A DNA stretch of 63,471 bases, the filler included, from Octopus bimaculoides (Eukaryota), in assembly GCF_001194135.2 (NCBI RefSeq). It is 6 parts of 6 records of this genome, joined end to end, with 100 filler letters (N's around TTAATTAATTAA, not from the genome) between each part and the next. Parts side by side here need not be neighbours in the genome. Positions count along the whole stretch, not along the records: positions 1 to 30,759 come from NC_068986.1; 5 more parts are not named here. One strand, written 5' to 3'. A program made the translations under genes and the position numbers. Each line of letters begins with the position of its first letter. The stretch's first letter is position 1. A model generated the notes under the pieces. The model was not told where the DNA came from, did no database searches, and saw only the letters and a program-made list of their open reading frames with translations. Of the stretch, positions 11,481-23,222 are shown one piece after another.

Positions 11481-12545
11481 TTAACCTTCACTGTACTGGT
11501 TGCCAACCCTCACCTTACTGACAGCGTCCCTGTACATGGCTGGCACAGCTCTCACTAACCACTCATCTATCCCTAGTTTCCTCATTGACCACCAGATAAG
11601 TGAGCGGGGGACCCTGTCAAAAGCTTTCTCGATGTCAACGAAAGCCAGGTACAGAGGTTTATCTTTGGCTAGGTATTTCTCCTGCAGCTGTCTTACCAGA
11701 AATATAGTATCAGTGGTGCTTTTCCCAGGCACGAACCCCAACTGCATCTCATCTAAACTGACTCTCTCCCTAATTTGTTGGTCTATGACCCTCTCCTTGA
11801 CCTTCATTACCTGGTCCAACAACTTGATACCTCTGTAATCGTTTGTGTCTAGAGCATCACCTTTACCTTTGTAGCAGTGGACTATGGTGCTGCTACACCA
11901 ATCATTGGGTATGACTTCTTCATGGACTACCTGATTTATGATACGGGTGACTAGGCTATAGCCGACACTGCCAGATATTTTGAGCATCTCTGCAGTGATT
12001 CCTGATGGGCCGGGGGTTTTCCCTGTCTTCATACTCTTGATCGCTTTATCTACCAAGGTACTGTCAATTAGGATAGCTGGTCCCTCTGTTGGGTCGACAT
12101 GCGGCAGACTCTCTTCCTCCCATTCATTCTCATTATTAAGCAGCCTTTCATAGTGGTGTCTCCAGACCTCTCTCTTTGCAGCCTCGTTTAGTGCAAGTGA
12201 ACCATCATCCAATGCAGACACATTTCTCTCCCACGACATCATGATTCTCTCTCACACACTGTCTTGCAACACGAAATACTTCAAGTCTTTGGTCCTCATG
12301 GTGCAGAACATTGGCAAATTTTTCTTATCTGCTTCCCCTCTGGCTAAGTAAACCTGTCTCCTAGCTTCCCTTCTGGCAGTCTGATACAATTCCCTGCTAC
12401 CTCCGTTCTTCTAGTCCTTCTGAGCCTGTTTCTTTTGTCTAATAGCCTTGTCAACCACATTGTTCCACCACCACATTATTTTGGGTCGAGAGGGGGCTTT
12501 GCACCAGCCACAGATCTGGTTGGTGGCTCTCAGCAGGTTATTGCT
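11481..12545 (-). mobile_element. RTE-clade LINE reverse-transcriptase fragment
   Basis: KTGKTPGPSGIT, YKGKGDALDTNDYRGIKLL, GFVPGKSTTDTIF, LAFVDIEKAFDRVPR; frameshifted upstream and truncated after VGNQYSEG. Confidence 0.9.
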
Positions 12546-12862
12546 AGAAACAAGAGTCAAAAATGACTCAGTTAGCCATAAAATGCTCCGTACCTTAGTG
12601 AGACAAGCTCACAAGTGAGGAAGCAGATCCTTATCATGTGACTTCAAACTCTGAATTTGAAATCACATGATGTGGGTTATATCTGCTCCCTCACTTGTGA
12701 GCATGTCTCATTATGGTACGCAGCTTTCTCGCTTCCTCTCTTACATCAACTTATTAAGTTAGCGCTTTTGTGGCTAAGACTCTTATTTCTAGCAATGCTG
12801 GTACTATTTTGTACCCTTATTTATAAATTTGCCTTTAGGTTTTAATTGCTAATGGGCCACTT

Positions 12863-13143
12863 ACATCATCATCATCATTGTTTAACGTCTGCTTTCCATG
12901 CTGGCATGGGTTGGACGATTTGACTGAGGACTGGCGAACCAGATGGCTGCACCGCCTGACTGGCCTTCATGCCGGTGGCACGTAAAAGCACTCACTGCAC
13001 TCTTGGAGTGGTTGGCATTAGGAAGGGCATCCAGCTGTAGAAACTCTGCCAGATCAGATTGGAGCCTGGTGTAGCCACCTGGTTCGCCAGTCCTCAGTCA
13101 AATCGTCCAACCCATGCTAGCATGGAAAGAGAACATTAAACGA
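12863..13143. repeat. Foldback made of two opposed family-C ends
   Basis: Arms about 12875-12954 and 13065-13143 are reverse complements (CATGGGTTGGACGATTTGACTGAGGACTGGCGAACCAG / CTGGTTCGCCAGTCCTCAGTCAAATCGTCCAACCCATG). Confidence 0.85.
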
Positions 13144-13306
13144 AGGCCAGTCAGGCGGCACTGGCAACGGTCTCGCTCGAATGTTTTTTCACGTGCTACT
13201 GGCACGGAAGCCAGACAGCTGCTCTTGCAATGATCATGCTCAGATGGTGCTCTTAGCGCTCCACTGGCACAGGTGCCAACACGATTTCGATTTCACTTGC
13301 CCCAAC

Positions 13307-13349
<43 letters not shown>

Positions 13350-13716
13350 TCTATGTATACACACACATGTGACTATATTGTTGTCCAGTCTGGTCTTTTG
13401 TTTTCAAGAAGGTAGGGCATATTTGAGGAAGATTTGGTTGCTATTTCTAGAAGACTGAGTTACTGCTGACTGTGGTTACGAAATTGCATAAAATGTCAGG
13501 TCAATCATTGTGCAACAGAGGCTGATCAATAGATGCTTTGTATTAAGGTCAATGTATATCATCTTACTTAATTTAGGTCAATGTAGGCAGAGCTTATGAG
13601 ATCCATGTTAGTCACCGAAATAACTAGTCTTGCTTTTTGTATAATACCCAGCTTATATTGTAGTATAACTTGTAGATATGTTTGTGTGTCTGTGTATTGT
13701 TGTAAAAAAATACATA

Positions 13717-13880
13717 TAGGCACAGAAGTGGCTGTGTGGTAAGTAGCTTGCTTACCAACCACATGGTTCTGGGTTCAGTCCCACTGCATGGTACCTTGAG
13801 CAAGTGTCTTCTTCTAGAGTCTCAGGCCGACCAAAGCCTTGTGAGTAGATTTGGTAGACGGAAACTGAAAGAAGCCCATC

Positions 13881-13932
<52 letters not shown>

Positions 13933-14506
13933 TTTGGTGTCTATGTTTGTCCTCCCACCATCGCTTGACAACCAGTGCTGGTGTGCTTATGTCCCCATAA
14001 CTTAGTGGTTCGGCAAAAAGAGACCGATAGAATAAGTACTAGGCTTACAAAGAATAAGTTCTGGGGTTGATTTTCTCGACTAAAGGCAGTGCTCCAGCAT
14101 GATTGAAACAAGCAAAGGAGTAAAAGAGTAAAGATTCATATCCATATGTATTCAGTCCCACGAAGGACAATTTTGGACAGCTTGGGATGAGAATCAAAGC
14201 AACATGTTATTATCATTTACATTTGACGGATATTTGTCCTCATCTTATTTGTTGTTAGCACAACGTTTCGGTTGCCAAGCGATGCTGGGGGGGGGGGGGA
14301 CAAACACACACACACACACACAAACACATATATACATATATACGATGGGTTTCTTTCAATTTCCGTCTACCAAATCTACTCACAAGGCTTTGGTCGGCCC
14401 GAGGCTATAGTAGAAGACACTTGCCCAAGGTGCCACGCAGTGGGACTGAACCCGGAACCATGTGGTTGGTAAGCAAGCTACTTACCACACAGCCACTCCT
14501 ACGCCT
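13717..14506. mobile_element. Inverted pair of family-A SINEs (+ 13717-14140; - 14265-14506) with a family-D fragment between them (14205-14270)
   Basis: Motif alignment to other copies. Confidence 0.8.
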
Positions 14507-14659
14507 TATTTATTATTGCTTAGCCCCAGGTTAGTCCTGGTCAGTAGAACCATGTTCGATATTGATCATAAGACTATTGAGTGAAGTGTTTCTAACCATG
14601 ACTATCGCATCTTTTAGACAAACTAAATTTATTAAATTATCATATCATCTAGTCGCAAG

Positions 14660-15410
14660 CTACAGACACACATTAGTTGTGGAACCACAGGCTGGTTAAT
14701 GGAAAAGGCAAGTTTGTATGTGATAGATGCACTAGAGCGGTACATACTGTAAGCATACCAGAAATAGATTACTTTACATGCCTGGATGACTTGCTAGAAG
14801 TAGGCCATTGCAGTTATAACCCAGGAGATGTTATTAGCAAGGGAGGTGGTTGCTCCAAAAGTACAGTAGCCAGACTAAGAGTGGGTTGGAGAAAGTTCAG
14901 GTAGCTATTACCATTGATAGCAGCAAAGGTTATTTCCTTCATTGGACATGAAACTCGGCTTGTGAAGACCTGTTGGGGCAAGCGAAAGCGAAATCGTGAT
15001 GGCACCTGTACCAGTGGAGCACTAAGAGCACTGTCCGAGCGTGATCGTTGCCAGAGCAGCTGTCTGGCTTCCGTGCCGGTGGCACATAAATATCACCAGC
15101 GTGATCGTTACCAATGTTGCCTTCCTGGCATGGGAAAAGACGTTCGAGCAAGATCGTTGACCAGTGCCGATGGACTGGCTCCTGTGCAGATGGCACGTAA
15201 AATACACCATTTCGAGCGTGGCCGTCGCCAGTACCGCTTGACTGGCCTTTGTGCTGGTGGCACGTAAAAGCACCCATTACACTCTTGGAGTTGTTGGCGT
15301 TAGGAAGGGCATCCAGCTGTAGAAACCCTGCCAAATCAGATTGGAGCCTAGTGTCGCCTCCTGGTCCACCAGTCCTCAGTCAAATCATTCAACCCATGCT
15401 AGCATGGAAA
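14660..15410 (+). mobile_element. RTE-type LINE 3' fragment joined to a family-C 3' region
   Basis: CDRC...GDVISKGGGCSKSTVARLRVGWRKFR followed by GTGCCGGTGGCAC-containing units and the CATCCAGCTGTAGAAAC tail. Confidence 0.65.
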
Positions 15411-16074
15411 GTCTAAGGATCTGTTTCTTTAAATGAAGCTACAGAACTACGGTAAAGATGGAAAGAACTGGAATCTGTCAGAAAACCATTAAAACTGGAG
15501 AATTTGGAAGGAATATATCAATGAACTGTGTTTTACATAGGGAGCTAAATTATAAAGAATAATAATAATTCATTTATTAACCCCATGACCACAGTTTTTA
15601 TCAGGCAATCAGGTTGCACTGACAGTTATAATATTGGCTGTGATCAGCAATTAGTGCATGACAGTGGTTCAGTGTATATTTACATCAACCGGTTTAAAGC
15701 AGGTGCTCTTTATTTATGTAAACTGTCATCACTGCGAGGACCGTAAATTCAATGAAACTGGCATGGCTGGATGTGAGTATGATTTCTGTGAAGGCCCGGA
15801 AGAATTTGCTGAACGCGTACAAATTTGATAGGAAGTCATAGTGGAAATGGTGATGTAACCGCCAAAACAGCTGGTTTTATACTATTATGGTGATGAAGTC
15901 TCAAACTGAGTTAGAAATATTTACATGAAGAGTCTAACAAACCTATCAGGTTCCTTGAAATTTGTGCATGCTGGCCTCTAATATCAATTCCGTAAGTGAT
16001 AGTGTATAGTTATGTCAACCAGGACACAAACAGGTACAAAACCGCAGCAGATAGGGCTGTGTATATTTTCATCT

Positions 16075-16935
16075 GTGGCACATAAAAGCACCCACTACAC
16101 ACTCTCTGAGTGGTTGGCGTTAGGAAGGGCATCCAGCTGTAGAAACGCTGCCAAATCAGATTGGAGCCTGGTGTAACCACCTGGTTCACTAGTCCTCAGT
16201 CAAATCGTCCAACCCATGATAGCATGGAAAGCGGATGTTAAACGATGATGATGATGATTCAAAACAAGTACATAGCGCCCTTAAATTTACATCAACCAAT
16301 GTTATAGGGTTAATTATTTCATGCCTTCCCTGTTTTGCATGGTAACTATTTATCAATTCATGGCAGCTTCATTGTGGAATCAGTATTTGACCTCTGATGC
16401 AGTATGGATCACTGAATCTTTTGGTTAGACATATGACACCCAATCATCATCATCATCATCATCATTATCATCATTTAACGTCCGCTTTCCATGCTGGCAT
16501 GGGTTGGATGATTTGACTGGGGAGTGGCGAACCAGATGGCTGCACAAGACTCCAATCTGAGTTTCTACAGCTTGATGCCCTTTCTAACGCCAACCACTCC
16601 GAGAGCATAGTGGGTGCTTTTTACGTACCACCGGCATGAAGGCCAGTCCGGTGGTATTGGCAACAGCCACGCTCAAATGGTGTTTTTTACGTGCCACCTG
16701 CACAGGAGTCAGTCCAATGTTTTGTTCACATGCCACCGGCACAAGTGCCAGTAAGGCGAGGCTGGAAATGATCGCGCTCAAATGCTGCTTTTTACGTGCC
16801 ACCGGCTTGGGAGTGAGATTGCTGCTCTGGCAGTGATCCCACTCGGATGGTGCTGTGAACGCTCCACTGGCACGGGTGCCAGTCATCAAATTTGGTTCAG
16901 TTTCGATCGATCTCACTTGCCCCAACAGGTCTTCG
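16075..16935. mobile_element. Opposed family-C copies (+ 16075-16258; - 16443-16935)
   Basis: Same tail motif on both strands with (GAT)n/(CAT)n ends. Confidence 0.75.
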
Positions 16936-17026
16936 CAAGCTGAGTTTAGTAAATAAATAAAATGTTTTCTCTTGTTCTTTTATTTTTATATTTTTCAAAT
17001 TTTTTCCCAGGGTTCAGTAAAAAGTG

Positions 17027-17243
17027 ATGTCCAACAACATCAGTGTCAGTGGTCACATGATTAACAACAATGATGATGACGATGATGATGACCCTCTGCT
17101 TGATGCCGAGATGTATGGAGATTGGTCCTCACAGCAAACCACCTGCAAAAGCTTCTACACTCTACCCAGGTTTCGCTATGTCAATGTTATTAAAGGTCTC
17201 CTCTTTATTGATGGTTTTCTTACTGCTATTCTTTGGCTCACAG
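17027..17243 (+). CDS. ABCB-family half transporter, coding exon 1 (N-terminal extension)
   Basis: Acceptor TTTTCCCAG| at 17010, in-frame TAA at 17018, ATG 17027: MSNNISVSGHMINNNDDDDDDDPLLDAEMY...GLLFIDGFLTAILWLT; donor CAG|GTAAAG, phase 1 fits the next exon. Confidence 0.75.
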
Positions 17244-18549
17244 GTAAAGTTACCATTCTTACACTTTCATTTCTTGTACTTCTCTTTATATCTTTTCATT
17301 CCACCTCCTTCAGATTTTCATCTTAAGTGCTGCTAAAAAGGTACAGTTTTGGTTAGTTTTTGTTATACATATGACTGGCCCTTGTGCCGGTGGCGCGTAA
17401 AAGCACCCACTACACTCTCGGAGTGGTTGGCGTTAGGAAGGGCATCCAGCTGTAGAAACATTGCCAGATCAAGTTGGAGCCTGGTGCAGCCATCTGGTTC
17501 ACCAGTCCTCAGTCAAATCGTCCAACCCATGCTAGCATGGAAGACAGATGTTGAACGACAATGATGACGATGATGTATATTCTTTTACTTGTTTCAGTCA
17601 TTTGACTGTGGCCATGCTGGAGCACCGCCTTTAGTCGAACAAATCAACCCCAGGACTTAGTCTTTCTATGCCTAGTATTTATTCTATTGATCTCTTTCGC
17701 TAAACCGCTAAGTTACAGGGATTTAAANNNNNNNNNNNNNNNNNNNNNNNNNNNNNNNNNNNNNNNNNNNNNNNNNNNNNNNNNNNNNNNNNNNNNNNNN
17801 NNNNNNNNNNNNNNNNNNNNNNNNNNNNNNNNNNNNNNNNNNNNNNNNNNNNNNNNNNNNNNNNNNNNNNNNNNNNNNNNNNNNNNNNNNNNNNNNNNNN
17901 NNNNNNNNNNNNNNNNNNNNNNNNNNNNNNNNNNNNNNNNNNNNNNNNNNNNNNNNNNNNNNNNNNNNNNNNNNNNNNNNNNNNNNNNNNNNNNNNNNNN
18001 NNNNNNNNNNNNNNNNNNNNNNNNNNNNNNNNNNNNNNNNNNNNNNNNNNNNNNNNNNNNNNNNNNNNNNNNNNNNNNNNNNNNNNNNNNNNNNNNNNNN
18101 NNNNNNNNNNNNNNNNNNNNNNNNNNNNNNNNNNNNNNNNNNNNNNNNNNNNNNNNNNNNNNNNNNNNNNNNNNNNNNNNNNNNNNNNNNNNNNNNNNNN
18201 NNNNNNNNNNNNNNNNNNNNNNNNNNNNNNNNNNNNNNNNNNNNNNNNNNNNNNNNNNNNNNNNNNNNNNNNNNNNNNNNNNNNNNNNNNNNNNNNNNNN
18301 NNNNNNNNNNNNNNNNNNNNNNNNNNNNNNNNNNNNNNNNNNNNNNNNNNNNNNNNNNNNNNNNNNNNNNNNNNNNNNNNNNNNNNNNNNNNNNNNNNNN
18401 NNNNNNNNNNNNNNNNNNNNNNNNNNNNNNNNNNNNNNNNNNNNNNNNNNNNNNNNNNNNNNNNNNNNNNNNNNNNNNNNNNNNNNNNNAATCCACTTTC
18501 TCCTCCCCTAAATCGCTGAACCAATATTTATTTGAATTTATTTTTACAG

Positions 18550-19058
18550 GTGGAGACTCTCAATACTTTGTTGACAACATCCTGCAGTTTCACATGCGCC
18601 AATCAGTGTTTGATCTCGTCTTGATAAATGAAGTGAAAATGGTCCTTCTCAGCATTGTTTACTATTTCATGGAATTGATGTCCTTTCGACAGATTGACCA
18701 ACCTTTTGATGTCCAAATCACTAAGAAAAAATGCTTGTGTCATGTCACAGCTATTTGCATCAATCTAATCTGCTTTGCTTACTCAGTGACTAAAGGTGGC
18801 AACATACTCTATGCAATTCTCAATGAAGCCAACACCTATACACCTATGCACATTGAGTACAATGTATTAGTAATAACTTCCATAGCATTTGGTCTTCTGC
18901 AGTTCCTGCTTTCGTTCTATAGTTTCAGAGCAATGCGAAAGTTGCGAGCTATGCGCATTTTGCACCGATTCAATGATTATGGTCAAGAAATTGACAGTGA
19001 TGGTCATCCACTGAAAAAAAAGGCAAACTTGAAACGTGTTTTATTGCTCGCCTCTCCA
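18550..19058 (+). CDS. ABCB-family half transporter, coding exon 2 (hydrophobic N-terminal domain)
   Basis: TTTTTACAG| GGDSQYFVDNILQF...KKKANLKRVLLLASP |GTAAGT; 509 bp, phase 1 to 0. Confidence 0.85.
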
Positions 19059-19805
19059 GTAAGTTATTTTTTGTTTGTCTTTGAAGCTTTCAAAAAACAA
19101 TTTTTTTTCTTTTAGCATTTTTTTTTTTTTATGAACTTTTATTTCAAAATGTTTTGGTGTTGATGTGGGTTTGCTGCTGCAAATTTAGTCTTCAAATTGT
19201 AAGACTAAATCCACTTTTATAAAAAAAAAAAATATGTCACACTCTTATTTCAAGATTTTCATTGTGGTTCTGCCCCGGTCACAAGTTTTTGTAGTCAGAA
19301 GTAACGACTTTTTCACAGGATGTCTGCTGAGTATTTCTGGCAAAAAAAACTAAACTTAGTGAATGGAGATTAAAATGTTTAGGCAAGACAAAATATAACA
19401 CCTCCAGTAGATTTTCACTCTGAAAGACAGAAAAATTGTTATCAATTCAACCTTTAGCCTTCATTTAATAAATTATCAATTCCTTTATAGTTCATAATGA
19501 CAGATAACTATCAATGGTTGGTTTAGCATAACGATTAGTAAGGAGTGTTATGCTGTATTCAGTACTTCCCCAAGTGTGTCAGTCTGTTATGTAACATAGG
19601 TGAGACCAGAAACCAGTTCGTCTTATGTTTACCGCTTTTGCTCAAGCTCAGTCCATTTTTAGGTTTCCTTCTGAACCAAATTCGATGACTGGCACCCGTG
19701 CCAGTGGAGCACTAACAGCACCATCTGAGCGGGATCACTGCCAGAGCATGTTTGGCACCACTGCATTACCATTTTTCAGTCTATTCCAAATTTATGAAAA
19801 TCTAT

Positions 19806-20530
19806 TTCAAATTTTTCTTGTAAGGCAACTTCAGGAGAAGCATTTAGCCCCAAATAAACCCCTGTACTTGGCTTTTGTTGTCATGGAGAAAGCCTTTGAC
19901 ATGGTCCCCCGCTCCCTTATCTGGTGGTCAATGCAGAAGCTAGGGATAAATGAGTGGTTGGTGAGAGCTGTACAAGTCATGTACAGGGATGCTGTCAGTA
20001 AGGTGAAAGTCAGCAATGAGTATAGTGCTCTTTTACTCTTTTACTCTTTTACTCTTTTACTTGTTTCAGTCTTTTGACTGTGGCCATGCTGGAGCACCGC
20101 CTTTAGTCGAGCAAATCAACCCCAGGACTTATTCTTTGGAAGCCTAGTACTTATTCTTTCGGTCTCTTTTGCCGAACCGCTAAGTTACGGGGGACATAAA
20201 CACACCAGCATCAGTTATCAAGCGATGTTGGGGGGACAAACACAGACATACAAACACATACACACATACATATATATACACATATATACGATAGGCTTCT
20301 TTCAGTTTCCGTCTACCAAATCCACTCACAAGGCATTGGTCGGCCCGAGGCTATAGTAGAAGACACTTGCCCAAGATGCCACGCAGTGGGACTGAACCCG
20401 GGACCATGTGGTTGGTAAGCAAGCTACTTACCACACAGCCACTCCTACGCCTATAGTAATGAATTTAGTGTACAAATAGGCGTTTACCAAGTTTCGGTTT
20501 TCAGTTCCCTCCTGTTTTTCATTTCCCTCT
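19806..20530 (+). mobile_element. RTE RT fragment interrupted by a family-A SINE
   Basis: IFLVRQLQEKHLAPNKPLYLAFVVMEKAFDMVPRS...SNEYS, resuming after the SINE as SNEFSVQIGVYQVSVFSSLLF (decayed GVHQGSVLSPLLF). Confidence 0.8.
20027..20451 (-). mobile_element. Full-length family-A SINE with a 6-bp target-site duplication
   Basis: TATAGT at 20021-20026 and 20452-20457; (CTCTTTTA)n tail on the + strand. Confidence 0.9.
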
Positions 20531-21175
20531 AGGCTATAACAATGGTTGTCCTTGGGAGCCAGTCATTAGAGCCGAATTTTTTGCAAGTTGAGTGGGTGCC
20601 ACCAAGGCTCACTTGTGTGTGAATGCACGTGTGTCCACTTGTTATGAGTGTGGAGAAAAATATGCTCTGTGAATATAATTAGTAACCTAATTAGTCCTAA
20701 AATGATGAAATGGGGGGATCTCTGTTATTTGGATGATGAGGATTCAGTTGTTTGATCAACTGAATTATCTGCTCCTGAATTAGAGTGTTTGTGGGTGAGT
20801 ATTCCACAGACATGTATACCCTTAATATAATCCTCAGACAGGATCATCATGATACAATGAGTGTGGCATGGTTGGACTTTTTGTGTTATAAGTTCAATCC
20901 ATCCAATTGGCTTCCTGTCAGTTTTTTTCTTCTAACTTGAATGACAATGATGACGATGATGTATATTCTTTTACTTGTTTCAGTCATTTGACTGTGGCCA
21001 TGCTGGAGCACCGCCTTAAAAAGTGATATTTACCCAAAATGTCATACAGTCAGATTGAACCTGGGACCTTGTGGCTGTAAAGCAAACTTCTTAACCATTC
21101 CACCGATAGAAACATTAAAACAACTTTTGACTTGCTTTCAGTGTTTTTGTTTTTCTGTTTTTTTTTTTTTTTTAG

Positions 21176-21287
21176 GAAGCTGGTATGCTTATGATTGGTT
21201 TTGTTGCTCTTATTATCTCAAGCATCGCCCAGATGTTGGCGCCGTTGTTCTTTGGAAAAGTTGTTGATGCTGCTCTGAAGTCAATGG
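21176..21287 (+). CDS. ABCB-family half transporter, coding exon 3 (first core TM helix)
   Basis: (T)nAG| EAGMLMIGFVALIISSIAQMLAPLFFGKVVDAALKSM |GTGAG; phase 0 to 1. Confidence 0.9.
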
Positions 21288-21427
21288 GTGAGAAATTTGT
21301 GTTTGCTGTATATTTTCAATGCCTTCTTGGTGAAATCATGTAACCAGATACACAGAGAGAAATAAAAATACTTTAAAAAAGATTATTTGACTTAGAGGAA
21401 GAAGTTCAATGTCTCTGACAGAAATTT

Positions 21428-21664
21428 GAAGGCGTCGAGCTGGCAGAGTGGTTAGCACGCCGGGCGAAAGGCTGAGCTGTATTTCGTCTGCCGTTACGTT
21501 CTGAGTTCAAATTCCGCCAAGGTCGACTTTGCCTTTCATTCTTTTGGGGTTGATAAATAAAGTACCAGTTATGCATTGGGGTTGATGTAATCGACTTATT
21601 CCCTTTGTCTGTCCTTGTTTGTCCCCTCTATGTTTAGCCCCTTGTGGGCAATAAAGAAATAAGA
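21428..21664 (+). mobile_element. SINE family B
   Basis: GAAGGCG.CGAGCTGGCAGA...GAGTTCAAATTCCGCC...GGTCGACTTTGCCTTTCAT...AAGTACCAG; copies at 28542, 49354 and 50953. Confidence 0.85.
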
Positions 21665-22483
21665 AATTTGATGGTGTGTGGAGCTGACGGAAGGAAGCCA
21701 TGCATGGAGATGTGTTGTGGATTCTTGCAACAAAATATAGTCTCTGTTAACAAGAGCATTTTTGGGTCAGATGTTGGTGTTACAGGAGGGGAGGGATTAA
21801 GTCTATCATCTGAAAAACTTGGTCACTTCCATGGCCTTCCACACAGTTTCCATCTATCAAATTACACTTATAAGGCTTCCGTTGACCCATAGCTATTGTA
21901 GAAGACACTTACCCTAAATAGAATTGAACCTGAGATCACATGGTTGTGAAGCACATTTTCTCACAACACAGCCATACTTGCACTGCATGAGGATGGAAGC
22001 CACCAATATTAATTTTTTTTTTCAATAAATGATGAAGTAACTAATAAATTTATTTTTTTCACTTTATTCAGCATTGTGTTTGCATTTATCTCATTTTCGT
22101 CTTGAAGTATTCATCATCCAAGGCTGCCAAGTCCAGACACCCTGCCCAAGTATATCACTGGTATATCTATGGACACAGTTGTGCCTTCTCCTAGGGACAT
22201 GTTTTGACAAAAACTCAGAGTTGCCTTACTCCCAGTGATATTACAGCACATTGGATACTAACCCAGAATTTCTAAGTCTGTTCCCTTAAAAGTGGTCTTA
22301 GAAAGCCTTAAAAAAGATAGGGTAGTCAGGTCTGGAATGTCTTCTGTCATACATCAGAGCTAACTTTGCATTAATCATCAACAGCAATAACAACAATAAT
22401 TCTATATTTTTCAGTAATTTGGGTTTGTGAACTGTTGTTATCGTTGACTAACCTAAGGTCATCCTTGATCAAGGAAATCTATA

Positions 22484-22662
22484 TTTGAGAGATAAGGAAT
22501 TATGCACATTGTTTACATTTGACGGATATCTGTCCTCATCTTGTTTGTTGTTAACACAACGTTTTGGCTGATATACCCTCCAGCCTTCATCAGGTGTCTT
22601 GGGGAAATTTTGAACCTGGGTTCTCATTCCTAAGGTATTTTTAGATGTTGTTGTTGTTGTTG

Positions 22663-22698
<36 letters not shown>

Positions 22699-22773
22699 TC
22701 ACTGCCTGGAATCAAACTCAGAATCTTGGGGTTAGTAGCCCGCGCTCTTAACCACTACGCCATATGCCCGTGG
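22484..22773 (-). mobile_element. Full-length SINE family D: tRNA-like head + (AAT/AAC)n + hammerhead-containing 3' body
   Basis: Head 22769-22695 with A-box TGGCGTAGTGG and B-box GAGTTTGATTCC, then the microsatellite and a body shared with 3820, 14205 and 50160. Confidence 0.85.
22553..22598 (-). ncRNA. Hammerhead motif copy with a G12-to-A substitution (predicted inactive)
   Basis: GACAC CTGATGA A GGCTG-GAGGGTATAT-CAGCC AAA ACGT T GTGTT. Confidence 0.5.
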
Positions 22774-22982
22774 TTTTGTATCATAGAATTAAGGGCTGTC
22801 TCTGGAGGGATTACATGAAAAGGATTAGAAGGTTCTCTGATTGAACTAGATTTTAATTTGGCTAACAACCATTTTCCTAAACTTTTCTCTTTGGTTGTTG
22901 AAATTATACAAATTTTGTGGAATTTAATCGAAGATTATAGACATAAACATTCATTGACAATTTTCTTTTTCTTATCTTTCAG

Positions 22983-23157
22983 ATGCATTAAACAAGACTG
23001 TACTCACATTGCTAGGAATATATTTCGGTGGTTCCATAGCATCTATGGTTCGCTGCTGGATCTTCAACTTAGCTGGTCAAAGACTTGTAGCAAGATTGCG
23101 TACAGATATTTTTAATAATATCATATGTCAGGAAGTTGCTTTTTATGATAAAACAAG
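22983..23157 (+). CDS. ABCB-family half transporter, coding exon 4
   Basis: TTTCAG| DALNKTVLTLLGIYFGGSIASMVRCWIFNLAGQRLVARLRTDIFNNIICQEVAFYDKT |GTAAAT; phase 1 to 2. Confidence 0.93.
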
Positions 23158-23186
23158 GTAAATACAGCAAAAATTTCTCATTAAAC

Positions 23187-23222
<36 letters not shown>

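Noticed and set aside
11481-20030. Two RTE fragments seeming to end at the same codon
   Set aside because: The second copy is only interrupted by a SINE and continues at 20458.
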